This document shows positions 1 to 10,698 of a stretch of DNA of 64,000 nucleotides, piece by piece (the stretch's first letter is position 1; the number at the start of each line of letters is the position of its first letter). Under the pieces are notes generated by a model. The model had not been told where the DNA came from. It did not search any database and saw only the letters and a program-made list of their open reading frames with translations. This stretch comes from a virus, in the IMG/VR virus record IMGVR_UViG_3300034121_001395; one strand, written 5' to 3'. The translations under genes and the position numbers were made by a program.

Positions 1-1
1 A

Positions 2-382
2 TTTGGCATTGGGTTCGATCAGCTCTTTCAAGAGTTTGATTCAATTAACAAAGAAAATTCGAATGTTTATCCACCACACAACGTGGTTAAACTCGACGAA
101 GATCAGTATGTCATTGAGTTAGCAGTCGCTGGATTCGCTGAGTCGGAACTCGACATCGAAACTGTAGAAAATTCGCTAGTGATCACTGGTGAAAAGTCTG
201 AAAAAGACGAAAGAGAGTATGCCCACAAGGGTATTAGCGCACGTAAATTTACTCGGCGCTTCACGTTGGCAGAGCATGTTGTCGTGAGTGGTGCTTCTCT
301 ACAAAATGGAATCCTATCAGTCTCGCTTGAGAAACAGGTTCCAGAAGAGAAGAAACCTCGCAAAATTGTAATAAACAAATAA
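2..382 (+). CDS. hsp20: Small heat-shock protein Hsp20/IbpA (5'-truncated by window edge)
   Basis: Frame open from base 2: FGIGFDQLF..YPPHNVVK..IELAVAGF..HKGISARKFTRRFTL..NGILSVSL..PEEKKPRKI, the alpha-crystallin signature. Confidence 0.92.
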   Translation, partial: FGIGFDQLFQEFDSINKENSNVYPPHNVVKLDEDQYVIELAVAGFAESELDIETVENSLVITGEKSEKDEREYAHKGISARKFTRRFTLAEHVVVSGASLQNGILSVSLEKQVPEEKKPRKIVINK

Positions 383-408
383 ATAAATAAAAATTAATAC
401 ATAAAATT

Positions 409-456
409 AAACCGGCAAAGATTGTTGTTTACATCTTTGCCGGTTTATGTTATAAT
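409..456 (+). promoter_or_regulatory. Terminator-like hairpin overlapping the early promoter of gene 43
   Basis: AAACCGGCAAAG/CTTTGCCGGTTT inverted repeat; GTTTAC (427-432)-N18-TATAAT (451-456), T4 early promoter type. Confidence 0.7.
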
Positions 457-464
457 GCTCTTAC

Positions 465-3026
465 ATGATTAATGGATTCTATACTTGCATCGAACGAAAG
501 ATGAATACTCTCCTGTACAGGGGATATGACGAAGACGGACAAAAGATTTATACAACATACAGGTTTCGTCCTGTAATGTATCTCGAAAGTAAGGATAGCA
601 ATGCAAAGTGGCGGTCTCTCGACGGGTTGCCTCTCGAACCAATGCGGTTTGAGAGCATGTCTGATTGCCGTGCGTTTATTAAGAGCTATGAAGGAATCGA
701 TAACTTTAAAATTTATGGAAATGATCGTCATATACCTGCTTTTATTCAGGCAGAATTTCCAAATGAAATTAAGTATAACCCTAAAAAGGTTGATGTCGTG
801 TCTCTTGACATTGAGTGTAAGTCTGATAATGGTTTCCCAGAGCCATCGGTAGCCGATCAAGAAATAACCGCGATTGGCCTCAAGAGCAGTCGGCTCGATC
901 ACTATATTGTTTGGGGCTTAAAGAGCTATGACCCTTCGCAGTCAAGCGTCCCTCATTTGAAAAAACAATTTAGACAATTTGATAGCGAATCTGAATTGTT
1001 GACAGATTTTTTATCTTGGTGGTCAGACACACTAAACACACCAGACGTTATTACTGGTTGGAACATTCGTTTGTTTGATATTCCATATCTCGTCAATCGC
1101 ATCTCTCGTGTACTTGGTCAAGACTCTGCAAAAAAGATGTCGCCATGGAATTTTGTTGAACAAAAGTCTGTAATGATTAAAGGTAAAGAGAATTTCTTAT
1201 ACAACCTATATGGAATTCAGCAACTAGACTATCTTGACCTCTTTAAAAAGTTTGCAGCAAATACCTATGGCGCCCAAGAGTCTTATCGTCTTGATTTTAT
1301 TGCTGAAGTTGTACTTGGGCAAAACAAGATTGATTATAGTGAATATGGCACACTCACAGAACTTTATGAACGTGACTATCAAAAATTTATTGACTATAAC
1401 ATTGTTGACATTGAACTTATTGAACGTTTAGAAGCCAAACTCGGTCTTATCAACCTTGTGTTTACACTTGCATATTTTGGCGGCGTAAACTATGGAGATA
1501 CATTAGGGACTGTTGCAATTTGGGACAGCATTATTTTTCGAAAACTTGCAACTCGAAAGATTGCGATTCCGCCAAACTCTCGATCATTTAAAACAGACTA
1601 TGCTGGTGGATTTGTTAAAGACCCACAGGTCGGTCGTCACCAATGGGTTATGAGTTTTGACCTTAATAGTCTCTATCCCAATCTTATTATTCAATATAAT
1701 ATGAGTCCTGAAACAATTGTGCCTCATATGAAAGTGGCATCATTGCAGAATGGTGGAGAAGACAAGATTTTAAACTCTGAACAAACATGGGCGCCAGAAG
1801 ACAATCTTGCAGTTGCTGCAAATGGCGCATGCTTTCGTCGTGATAAACAAGGCATCCTTCCAGAAATTATTGAAGAATTATACAACCAACGTGTTGCAGT
1901 CAAACGACAAATGCTTGACTATGAGAAGGAAGCAGAGCTTACTGATAAAAAGACTGCGCGATATCATACACTTCAAATTGAAATTGATCGAGCGAGCAAT
2001 CGGCAAATGTGTTTAAAGATTCTTCTTAATAGTTTGTATGGCGCAGCGGCAAACCAATATTTCAGATACTTTAATCTTGATATTGCAGAAGGTATCACAT
2101 TATCTGGTCAACTTGCAATTCATACTGCAGAAAATGCAGTAAATGAGTATTTGGCGAAGGCTCTTGCTGATAGCATTCCAAAGGATCGTATTGTAGCATC
2201 AGACACAGATTCAATCTATATCAACTTATCAGATGTTGTACAAAAATGTAATCCAAAAGACCCTCATGCATTTTTAATTAAATTTGGTAAAGAGGCTCTT
2301 GAACCAGTAATTCAAACAGCTTATGAAAACTTGTCACGTAAGACAAACTCTTATAAAAACACAATGGTAATGAAAGTAGAAAAGATTAGTAGTGTTGCTA
2401 TCTTTACTGCCAAAAAACGATATATCCTAAACGTTCTTAGTAGCGAAGGCGTGCAGTATACAGAACCAAAAATTGTTATGAAAGGCATTGAGGCTATTAA
2501 AAGCAGTACTCCTAAAATTTGTCGCGAAGAGTTTAAAAAGATTTTTAAGATTTTAGTTACTGGTTCAGAGTCTGATATTCAATCAGAAGTTTCAAAGTTT
2601 CGTGATGTGTTTGACCATTATCCAATTGAAAAGATGGCATTTCCTAGGGGAGTGTCTGATATCAATAAATGGATGCAAAAAGTTGGCGTAAATGGTGTAA
2701 AAGTTCCATATAAGAGTGGCACACCAATTAACAGTCGTGCAGCAATTATGTACAACTCGTTGTTAAAACAACATGGCCTGACCCAACAATATCATCTTAT
2801 TAAAGGTGGTGACAAGATTAAATACATCTATCTTAAAAAGGGTAATCCAACCGGTGAAAACGTTATTGGATTTATTGATACTTTGCCAACAGAATTTGAA
2901 TTAGAAGGTTGGGTGGATCGTGACTTGCTTTTTGAAAAAACATTTTCTGATCCGCTACAACTGGTGCTTGATGCAGTTCATTGGAAAGCAATTCCAGTTG
3001 CAAGTCTTGAAGATTTTTTTAATTGA
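465..3026 (+). CDS. 43: Family B DNA polymerase (T4 gp43-like)
   Basis: ExoI DIEC, ExoII GWNIRLFD, motif A SFDLNSLYP, motif B KILLNSLYG, motif C SDTDS, KKRY. Confidence 0.97.
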   Translation: MINGFYTCIERKMNTLLYRGYDEDGQKIYTTYRFRPVMYLESKDSNAKWRSLDGLPLEPMRFESMSDCRAFIKSYEGIDNFKIYGNDRHIPAFIQAEFPNEIKYNPKKVDVVSLDIECKSDNGFPEPSVADQEITAIGLKSSRLDHYIVWGLKSYDPSQSSVPHLKKQFRQFDSESELLTDFLSWWSDTLNTPDVITGWNIRLFDIPYLVNRISRVLGQDSAKKMSPWNFVEQKSVMIKGKENFLYNLYGIQQLDYLDLFKKFAANTYGAQESYRLDFIAEVVLGQNKIDYSEYGTLTELYERDYQKFIDYNIVDIELIERLEAKLGLINLVFTLAYFGGVNYGDTLGTVAIWDSIIFRKLATRKIAIPPNSRSFKTDYAGGFVKDPQVGRHQWVMSFDLNSLYPNLIIQYNMSPETIVPHMKVASLQNGGEDKILNSEQTWAPEDNLAVAANGACFRRDKQGILPEIIEELYNQRVAVKRQMLDYEKEAELTDKKTARYHTLQIEIDRASNRQMCLKILLNSLYGAAANQYFRYFNLDIAEGITLSGQLAIHTAENAVNEYLAKALADSIPKDRIVASDTDSIYINLSDVVQKCNPKDPHAFLIKFGKEALEPVIQTAYENLSRKTNSYKNTMVMKVEKISSVAIFTAKKRYILNVLSSEGVQYTEPKIVMKGIEAIKSSTPKICREEFKKIFKILVTGSESDIQSEVSKFRDVFDHYPIEKMAFPRGVSDINKWMQKVGVNGVKVPYKSGTPINSRAAIMYNSLLKQHGLTQQYHLIKGGDKIKYIYLKKGNPTGENVIGFIDTLPTEFELEGWVDRDLLFEKTFSDPLQLVLDAVHWKAIPVASLEDFFN

Positions 3027-3051
3027 AACAAATATATACAATACAAACATT

Positions 3052-3462
3052 ATGAGTACAAATTGGGTAAAAGACATATATGATATGCATGCAAAGTATG
3101 GCGTACATGCCGCAGTTGAAAATTTTGATGCAAATAAACTAAGACAGTTTTTAAACTTTCGTTTGGGTTTTCTTGAAGAAGAGCTTAATGAAACTAAGAC
3201 TGCAGCAACCAGTGAACAAATAGACGCTGAAGAGGTAGTTGATGGACTTATTGATCTGTGTGTTGTTGCAATAGGCACATTAGACGCATTTGGCGTAAAT
3301 GCCTATACAGCATGGAGTGCGGTGCATACAGCAAATATGAACAAAGAGGTTGGAATAAAAGAATCTCGACCAAATCCACTAGGTCTTCCAGATCTTATTA
3401 AACCAGAAGGATGGTGTGCTCCTTCTCACGCAGGCAATCACGGCAAATTAAGTAGTTTATAA
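3052..3462 (+). CDS. MazG-like all-alpha nucleotide pyrophosphohydrolase (possible dCTPase role)
   Basis: EEELNE..EEVVDGLIDL..VHTANMNK..DLIKPEGW motifs; start moved to ATG 3052 after the gp43 stop. Confidence 0.75.
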   Translation: MSTNWVKDIYDMHAKYGVHAAVENFDANKLRQFLNFRLGFLEEELNETKTAATSEQIDAEEVVDGLIDLCVVAIGTLDAFGVNAYTAWSAVHTANMNKEVGIKESRPNPLGLPDLIKPEGWCAPSHAGNHGKLSSL

Positions 3463-3505
3463 AATCATTTACATTCTGTTTAGAATAGATTAGAATAATC
3501 TTCGA

Positions 3506-4447
3506 ATGCAATACAGTCTTACTATATTTACTTCAATATTTGACAATAAGACTCATCGTCAAATGACATTTGATAGTGTTGATGCATTTGAAAAACTGTT
3601 GTATAAACTGAGCGAGCAACCAGGGTATAAACCTAAAAAGGGAGAATTCCGCGCTGGCTCTCCACTAATAAGTCCTGCTCGCTTTGTTGAAAATGAAACA
3701 CGTAAAAATGTGAATGTAATTTCATGGGGAGGGTGGGCAGCACTTGATGTCGATGACTATAATGGTTCCTTTGAAGACACGATAGAAAGCTTTAAAAACG
3801 TTCGATTCATTTGTTACTCTTCTGCAAGTAGCACACCTGAAAAGCCAAAGTTTCGGGTTATATTTCCACTCACATGCGAGGTGCCAGTAGAAAGTATAAA
3901 ACATTTTTGGTATGCACTAAACACAGAATACAACTCATTGGGAGATCCACAAACCAAGGACCTGTCTCGTATGTATTATGTGCCTGCTCGCTATCCAAAC
4001 AGCCACTACTTTATATTCTCACATCATGACGCTCCACTATTGGATCCATACGCGTTGATGGCTAAACATCCATATGTGATCAAAGAGACCGCAGCAACAT
4101 TCCTTGATAAACTGCCCGAGAGCATACGTTTAAAAGTTATACAACATCGGCGCGAATCGCTTACAAATACTTCATACACTTGGAAATCATATCATGACTG
4201 CCCCTTTGTAAATAGAAATATGGTGGCTGATTATCGCAATATCCAACATTCTGGATGGTACACACAAATGTACAAAATAATGGTTAATATTTCTTCTAAC
4301 GCAATGAAGCGTGGTTATCCTATCACACCAGTTGAAGTTGCAACCCTTTGCAAAGAAATAGATCTTGAGACTGGAGGATGGTACAAATCCCGTCCAATGG
4401 AACTGGAGGCCTCCCGGGCCATAGAATTTGCCTCCCAAACATTGTAA
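3506..4447 (+). CDS. AEP/PrimPol-like primase protein
   Basis: ALDVDD, YSSASS..PKFRVIFPL and DPQTKDLSRMYY motifs typical of phage primase-polymerase domains. Confidence 0.65.
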   Translation: MQYSLTIFTSIFDNKTHRQMTFDSVDAFEKLLYKLSEQPGYKPKKGEFRAGSPLISPARFVENETRKNVNVISWGGWAALDVDDYNGSFEDTIESFKNVRFICYSSASSTPEKPKFRVIFPLTCEVPVESIKHFWYALNTEYNSLGDPQTKDLSRMYYVPARYPNSHYFIFSHHDAPLLDPYALMAKHPYVIKETAATFLDKLPESIRLKVIQHRRESLTNTSYTWKSYHDCPFVNRNMVADYRNIQHSGWYTQMYKIMVNISSNAMKRGYPITPVEVATLCKEIDLETGGWYKSRPMELEASRAIEFASQTL

Positions 4448-4489
4448 ATTCTCACATTTTTGACCTCCGGGAGGCCTCCAGATGGTCGG

Positions 4490-4590
4490 TTTCTCTATAC
4501 GGGGGCACTGTCCGGGGCCTTTTTTCACTTTTATGAAAAAAGTTGTGTACTTTCTGTGGGTTTTATGCTATAATAACCATGTAAGCAACA
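4490..4590 (+). repeat. Repeated early-promoter cassette, copy 1
   Basis: TTTCTCTATACGGGG..CCTTTTTTCACTTTT..GAAAAAAGTTGTGTACTTTC..TATAATAACCATGTAAGCAACA; recurs at about 16893, 46166 and 52892. Confidence 0.85.
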
Positions 4591-4592
4591 AT

Positions 4593-4796
4593 ATGACACC
4601 ACAAACCAAAATGCAACTCGACGCCCGTAAGTCACTCATCGCTAAAATCGCTCAGCGTCATGCTGCTGACCGTAAATTGATCAAGTCCTTTGAAGTTGAA
4701 GATAGTACTAAAGTTTCAAGCGACTATGATAATCTCGTTCAAGATGAATTTGCTCGAGTGCGTAAAGCTTCTACGTTCAATCCAATTAGTCTCTAA
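4593..4796 (+). CDS. Hypothetical early protein
   Basis: ATG directly after the promoter cassette; MTPQTKMQLDARKSLIAKIA. Confidence 0.6.
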   Translation: MTPQTKMQLDARKSLIAKIAQRHAADRKLIKSFEVEDSTKVSSDYDNLVQDEFARVRKASTFNPISL

Positions 4797-5721
4797 TGAA
4801 AAAGATCAAAGCAAAAACTTTTGACTATTCACCCATTGCTCTGAGAGCGCTGACTCGTCATAAGATTGCTCCTCCAACAAAATTCTTTACAGACAGAAAA
4901 AAGGCAAGTTCTAAGCTTGCATGCAGACTCAAATCTCATTGAATATGTACAAAATCAAAACTGAAACACTGCGTGACGTTAAAGAACGTCAAACACTATG
5001 GCTTCCCTGGATGCAAGAAATTTGTGAAGGTCTTAGTTTAGACTCACTAGTCGAGACGACCACCCAAATGTTGCCAATTGGAAACTATCTAGTCTCAATC
5101 AAACCAGCAAATAGAAACACCAAACAATGACACTGCTAACCAAACTATTCGGCAATAAGTCTAAGCGCAAGAATATGAGACCGCTCTATGGTTGGTCGAT
5201 CTTTGCTCTTGATGACAGCGTTCATCTTTCAAGACGCGTCACAGAAGCACAACGTAAACAGATGCAACAACTGCCATGATTTCTACAGTTGAATATATTC
5301 AAAACGGATTTATCTTTGTAAGTTGGGTTGCTGCAGGTTGGCTCGTTGGAGCAGCAGTCACTGCATATCTGATGCGATCATCAAAAAATAAGTAAAAAGC
5401 GATATGTCAACATACGAAAAAAGAGTTCAAGAACTTGAAGATGAAGGTCTTACAACCTCAGATGCGCAAGGGATTGCTGATATGGAATTTGAACAGGAAG
5501 CGGTGTACGAAAACTTTAACCAAATTTTTAGATGACAAATAGTGCTCAATATGAATTAGAAGTGTTGGTGTTATCGGTACCAGACAAATTAGTAGAGTTG
5601 GGACTCATCGACAATGAAGACGAATATTCATTGTTCTATGCGTTGCAGCATCGAGTTAACTCTATACGTTGTAAAAATTCTAAACGTTTAAATTTTTTTA
5701 CTCGGCTAAAAAATAAGTTTT

Positions 5722-6009
5722 ATGGCTGTTGTTGAAATCTTTTTGAATCGTGGCATAAGCCTCTACGAGGGTCGGCTTGCTAACTACAACCGACTCGTGT
5801 TCGAGTATGAGTCACGATTGTCTGGAGAGGATGCAGCAGAAGAAGCATATAAAATAATAAACTCCGCAACTTTTGAATTGCAAGATGACGAACTTACAAT
5901 TCAGGAAGAATATCTTGCCAACAATCAGGAAATTATTGCCAGCGGAGATGTAGTAGCCATTGATGATGTAGTGTATATTTGTTTGCCGGTCGGTTGGAAA
6001 AAGATGTAA
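5722..6009 (+). CDS. Hypothetical protein
   Basis: 95-aa ORF; C-terminal SGDVVAIDDVVYICLPVGW resembles YodL-like phage proteins. Confidence 0.55.
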   Translation: MAVVEIFLNRGISLYEGRLANYNRLVFEYESRLSGEDAAEEAYKIINSATFELQDDELTIQEEYLANNQEIIASGDVVAIDDVVYICLPVGWKKM

Positions 6010-6015
6010 AAAAGT

Positions 6016-6045
6016 GTGTACAACCCTTTATAGATAATGTATAAT
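6016..6045 (+). promoter_or_regulatory. Early promoter
   Basis: GTGTAC-N18-TATAAT with A-rich upstream tract. Confidence 0.7.
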
Positions 6046-6220
6046 ACACTATGCAAGTGAATTTTGAAAACGTTGTAGTATTTATTGCATTCGGGCTCTA
6101 TGCCATGGTATGCATTGCTCATGCATATAAACAAAATTATGCATGGGCTGTGGTCTGGGGAGGATACGCTGTATCTAACTTAGGCTTAATTGTAGCGCAA
6201 TCACTAACAAAATAAAAATT

Positions 6221-6940
6221 ATGGGAATGTTCGATTATATAAGAGTAGGAACAACTCTACCAGAGTTGCCAGATGCGGTTATCTCTCATTGGGGAGATAA
6301 AGTAAGTGATATTGCCTTTCAAACGAAAGACACCCCAAACCAAGCAATGTCAACCTATAGGATTGATGGGCATGGCCAATTATGGTTTAAGCAGGTTGAA
6401 GGTCGTTGGGAAAAGGGTGAAGAGGTTGCTGAAGACGCGTCGTTTAGTGAAAAGATAGCCGCAATGGGTCACTTTGTAGTCGAAGCGGAGTGGTATGAGA
6501 AAGAGCCATATACAGGAGCTATCAACTTTTATGAAAGCTATAATCATGCAGAATATAAATCTCCCGAGTTGGATTATGACAGTGATGATTGGAGACGCTT
6601 TGAATCTGGTTGGATTGAATATTGTGCATTGTTTAAAAATGGAAAGCTCGTTGAAGATATCACGCTTGTAGAGCATAGAGAGCCTAAAAAATATACTGAT
6701 GAAGAGTATGCCGCCAAGCAAGAGGAATGGGTCGCAGATCGCGAAAAGTGGGAAATAACTTTTAAAGAGAATCGTAAAAAATATCCTAGTGCTGAACAAA
6801 AGCTTATAGATAATATTGAACGTGAAACTAAACTAGCAACCGCAATATTTGATGAGCAAGACATATCAAATGCGTTGTCTAACATTAGAATTTTTATTAA
6901 AGAATATAGAGAAAAACATGATAAATGGTACGAACAATGA
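6221..6940 (+). CDS. Hypothetical phage protein (MGMFD family)
   Basis: MGMFDYI..FQTKD..GWIEYCALFKNGKL, a common uncharacterised phage family. Confidence 0.65.
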   Translation: MGMFDYIRVGTTLPELPDAVISHWGDKVSDIAFQTKDTPNQAMSTYRIDGHGQLWFKQVEGRWEKGEEVAEDASFSEKIAAMGHFVVEAEWYEKEPYTGAINFYESYNHAEYKSPELDYDSDDWRRFESGWIEYCALFKNGKLVEDITLVEHREPKKYTDEEYAAKQEEWVADREKWEITFKENRKKYPSAEQKLIDNIERETKLATAIFDEQDISNALSNIRIFIKEYREKHDKWYEQ

Positions 6941-7041
6941 AAGTAAATGGTATAAGTTTCGTGGCAAGGTTTTTGAATGTGCTGAACACACAATTCGTCA
7001 ATTAAACCTTGCACTCGCATACAACAGATCAAAAGAACGTT

Positions 7042-7245
7042 ATGAAGAAGTTAAACCAAACACAACAAGAAAAAGTTGAGACTGCTAGAGCAGCAATCAA
7101 GCAACTTCAAGATGCAGAAGCTATCATCTATAGCAAACTCATCGAAGAGATAGATTTAGACAATGACTGGCTCTATGACTATGTCTTCAACTGCGCAACT
7201 GAAGATGATTATTCTGCGATGGTAAGAAGAGAAATCTTTGAATAA
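7042..7245 (+). CDS. Hypothetical protein
   Basis: ORF from ATG 7042, tightly packed with neighbours. Confidence 0.5.
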   Translation: MKKLNQTQQEKVETARAAIKQLQDAEAIIYSKLIEEIDLDNDWLYDYVFNCATEDDYSAMVRREIFE

Positions 7246-7247
7246 CT

Positions 7248-7457
7248 ATGGCAGCAACAAACGATATTACTGGAGACTCAATTGCTTCACGAGTGCTTTC
7301 AGCTCAAGGACGAGAAAACTTTGATGCTGCATTCAAGAAAAAATCTCTCTACGAATGGTATCTTGATGAGGGCATCATCATTGATGCTGAAGGAGAAGAA
7401 TATCATACACCAGTCAGCTATTCTGAATTTAGAACACACTTTAGAAACAATAGATAA
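7248..7457 (+). CDS. Hypothetical protein
   Basis: NDITGDSIAS..ENFDAAF motif seen in small phage ORFs. Confidence 0.55.
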   Translation: MAATNDITGDSIASRVLSAQGRENFDAAFKKKSLYEWYLDEGIIIDAEGEEYHTPVSYSEFRTHFRNNR

Positions 7458-7460
7458 AAT

Positions 7461-7700
7461 ATGAAACTAATCTTAGCAAGTGCAAGTTGGTGCGGTCCGT
7501 GTCAAGTAGTTAAGGCACGATTGCAATCAGAAAATTTAATGGATCGAGTAGAGATCAAAGACGCAGACATCGACGGTGCATTCTTTAAAGATCACGGCAT
7601 CAAATCTGTACCTCGCTTGTTAGTCATTGATGGCGAAACTGTTGTAGAAACAGTTCAGGGTTCGGAAGATATCATCAAACGCATTAAGCAAGATCAATGA
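7461..7700 (+). CDS. Thioredoxin/glutaredoxin-like protein
   Basis: ASWCGPC active site, GIKSVP cis-Pro motif. Confidence 0.85.
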   Translation: MKLILASASWCGPCQVVKARLQSENLMDRVEIKDADIDGAFFKDHGIKSVPRLLVIDGETVVETVQGSEDIIKRIKQDQ

Positions 7701-8131
7701 GTTATAACCTTTTTCTAGATGATTTGCGCAAACCAGAGCATGCGTATATCCATCCTAAGCGTGATGGTAATAGCATCGTTATAACGTCGCATAGTTTAGA
7801 AAATATGTCTGGTGTGCCTAACAACGACTGGGTTGTAGTTCGTACTTATGAAGATTTTGTACAAACAATCGAAGAAAAAGGTATTCCTAATGCTGTAAGT
7901 TTTGATCATGATCTGGATGAAGAACATATTCGTCACTATTATAAAGTAACTGAAAGCACCGGAGTTATTGAGTATGGTAATTTAAAAGTAAAAACTGGAA
8001 AACACTGTGCAGAATATTTTGTACAAAAGTATAAAGAACTGCAACCACATCATATTCCCCACGTTTATATACACAGCGCAAATCAATGGGGAGCACAAGA
8101 AATTAGAAAAGTATTAAAAGAAATTTGTTAA
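7697..8131 (+). CDS. Cyclic-phosphate-processing receiver-like domain protein
   Basis: LFLDDLR, VVRTYEDF, SFDHDL, TGKHCA and IHSAN motifs. Confidence 0.7.
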   Translation: MSYNLFLDDLRKPEHAYIHPKRDGNSIVITSHSLENMSGVPNNDWVVVRTYEDFVQTIEEKGIPNAVSFDHDLDEEHIRHYYKVTESTGVIEYGNLKVKTGKHCAEYFVQKYKELQPHHIPHVYIHSANQWGAQEIRKVLKEIC

Positions 8132-8132
8132 A

Positions 8133-8651
8133 ATGATTAAAAGAATATTTCAAGATTTAGATGAGTGTATCTTGCATACATATGTAAACAGCATGCCGCC
8201 TACCGAGTATGTTGAGTTTATACTCAGTGAAGACATGCATACCTATCGTACGATGATTCGTCCGTGCGCAAAGCGCCTCTTTGAATACTACAACAGTGTC
8301 GTAGGCAAAGAAAATGTTTATATTCTTACAAGCGCAACTTGTGACTATGCTGAAAGCTTGAATCGTCTTGGTGAGTTTGGTTTAGATAACGATCACATTT
8401 ACACACGCGAAGACATTCAGCAGTATAGCATTTCACATGGCTATGGTGGCGAAAGCACTCTTCCAATGCCTATCGCTGATAAAGACAATGTTCTCATTGA
8501 CAATCTTCCACCTCGCTATAATTACAACAAGATGGACATGATGGGCATCGTCACTAAAAACTACTATCAAACAAGAGAGTATTATGGCTTGAATGATGAT
8601 GACGAATATTTCTTTGAAGATGTTGTAGAGTTTATCAAAGCGAGACTATGA
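8133..8651 (+). CDS. HAD-superfamily (NIF/FCP1-like) phosphatase
   Basis: FQDLDECILHT, IRP, ILTSA and VLIDN motifs. Confidence 0.7.
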   Translation: MIKRIFQDLDECILHTYVNSMPPTEYVEFILSEDMHTYRTMIRPCAKRLFEYYNSVVGKENVYILTSATCDYAESLNRLGEFGLDNDHIYTREDIQQYSISHGYGGESTLPMPIADKDNVLIDNLPPRYNYNKMDMMGIVTKNYYQTREYYGLNDDDEYFFEDVVEFIKARL

Positions 8652-8991
8652 GCAGAGAGCTTAAATTTAGAGTTTATATTCCAGAACATGAAGGATTTTC
8701 TTATTTTGAATTAGGAAATTTTGATTATTCAGACAGATATTTGTATCAACATAACTATCCTGTTCAACAATACACTGGACTCAAAGATAAAACGGTGATG
8801 AGATTTATGAGGGAGATATTGTAAAAGCGACATCTGACCAATACGAAAATGAAAACTTTGTCGGCAAAGTGATTTTTGATGAAGGGTGTTTTTTAACTTG
8901 GATTAATAAAAATGATATTCGGGGAATTTGGGGTGAGGATGATATTGAAGTCATTGGAAACATCTTTGAAAATAGTGAATTATTAAAATGA
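8648..8991 (+). pseudogene. YopX-family protein with a 1-nt frameshift
   Basis: MSRELKFRV..QYTGLKDK, then shifted frame (N)GDEIYEGDIV..EVIGNIFENSELL; one A missing in the run at about 8788-8792. Confidence 0.8.
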
Positions 8992-9266
8992 AATATAAAA
9001 TCACAATCAGCGAAGGATGCACAGCATTCTATACAGAAATCAATGGTAAATTTGTTGGTGGAGAAGATCCACGATACGACTTTACGGAAAAAGAAATCGA
9101 CGAACTTATCGACTATCTTTGCGAGCGATTTAAAGAAGAGCGTAAGATGTGTACAGTACAACTCGATGATTTAATCAAATGCTTTCAACCAGACAGTTGG
9201 CACTATGATGACGAGCCATGTGATCAATGCGGAGATAATGTAAGCTCGCAAACTTGGGAGTTATGA
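8988..9266 (+). CDS. Hypothetical protein with C-terminal CxxC
   Basis: 92-aa ORF, PCDQCGD. Confidence 0.55.
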   Translation: MKYKITISEGCTAFYTEINGKFVGGEDPRYDFTEKEIDELIDYLCERFKEERKMCTVQLDDLIKCFQPDSWHYDDEPCDQCGDNVSSQTWEL

Positions 9267-9922
9267 TTGAAATTTTAGTAGTTAGCGATATTCATCTTGG
9301 AACTTCGGTAAGTCAAAAAGAAAAGGTATTAGAAGTTCTTTCGCTTGATTTTAACACACTACTAATCAACGGTGACTTATTCGATAACTATTCTTTCAAA
9401 CGCTATGACAAGCGTGATTGGAAAATTCTTGGAAAGATTCGTAAACTTTCAAAAACACATAATGTTATTTTAGTTAAGGGCAATCATGACAGTAATGCAG
9501 AATTTTTAAGTGCGATTACTGGCATGGAACTGCTAGAAAATTATGCAACCACAATCAATAACAAAAGATTCTTTTTTGAACATGGTGACAAGTATGATCA
9601 TTGGATAAAACACCGACCATTTTTAACATGGTTTTTTACTGGTATATACTATTGGATACAAAAGTTTGATAGGACACATAGATGTTCAAGGCTTTTAAAA
9701 CGATTGAGCAAATCTTGGATTGAAGCAAAAAATATAGTTTGTAAAAAATTCGTCGAGAAATACGGCAAAAAATATGATGTGCTTCTTGCTGGTCACACCC
9801 ACTATGCAGAAATAAGAAAGATTGATTCTTGCACCTATATAAATTCTGGCTCATTTTGCGAGCATCGCTGTTCTTATGTCGAGATTTATCCTGATGGAAA
9901 ATTTAAATTAAAATACATTTAG
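9263..9922 (+). CDS. Calcineurin-like metallophosphoesterase (LpxH-like)
   Basis: SDIHLG, NGDLFD, KGNHD, EHGDKYD, AGHTH and YINSGS motifs. Confidence 0.85.
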   Translation: MIEILVVSDIHLGTSVSQKEKVLEVLSLDFNTLLINGDLFDNYSFKRYDKRDWKILGKIRKLSKTHNVILVKGNHDSNAEFLSAITGMELLENYATTINNKRFFFEHGDKYDHWIKHRPFLTWFFTGIYYWIQKFDRTHRCSRLLKRLSKSWIEAKNIVCKKFVEKYGKKYDVLLAGHTHYAEIRKIDSCTYINSGSFCEHRCSYVEIYPDGKFKLKYI

Positions 9923-9924
9923 TT

Positions 9925-9954
9925 GTTTACAAACTGAAGGAACTGTGGTATAAT
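9925..9954 (+). promoter_or_regulatory. Early promoter
   Basis: GTTTAC-N18-TATAAT with TGTGG extended -10. Confidence 0.75.
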
Positions 9955-10698
9955 GAGCTTATGCAACCGCTAAGTCCAACTGAAATTTACTCTCTCATCG
10001 AGTATGAGAAATTACGGAATTTTGTCGAGCTTGTGTCGAATGGTAAACGACCAGATGGTTCATACAATTATTGTCGTGAAGCATTGGAAAAGAAAGCTCA
10101 GCAACTGCTGGAAGAATTAAAAGAAATTAAACAAGACGGATTGAGAAATCTTTGCTGATATGAAGCTTTGGAGAATATGGGCTAAAGCAATGGGATCAAA
10201 GATTAGCGACGATGATCGTGAATCTGATGCCGCTGCAATAGTAAGAACAATTTTTTGGATTGTGAATTTGATTACCTGCTTTTTCATTATGGCAAATACA
10301 ATACGACACTGGTAGAATATGAATATAAATGAGTCGGATACAATCATTGAATACAGAGATTGCAATCATAAATTGCACGAAATGTCATTTGACGAGTCAT
10401 TGGAGTATATCAAGAAGTCAATTGCCTCAGTATACGAACGAGGTGCTTCAGAGTTTGTGGTAGTTTGTAATAGACGTGATTATGACTTTTTTTGGTTAAA
10501 TGATTATCAGTAATTGAACTCTAATAAAATATGAATAAAAAACCTAAAGTCACTTATGAATGCTCGTGTTTAAAATACGGAGTTTTGAGAAGTGCTTGCA
10601 GAGGACCACAGGGTTGCCAAGCTGACAGAGATCGTGAAGCGTATTTGGAATCTAAAAAGCCTAAAAGTAAACGTTGGGTCTGGAAAAAACAATAAAAT

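Noticed and set aside
4482-4592. Shared peptide KKVVYFLWVLCYNNHVSN in ORFs 4482, 16889, 46152 and 52785, looking like a protein family
   Set aside because: It is the translation of the repeated promoter cassette; true starts are the ATGs downstream
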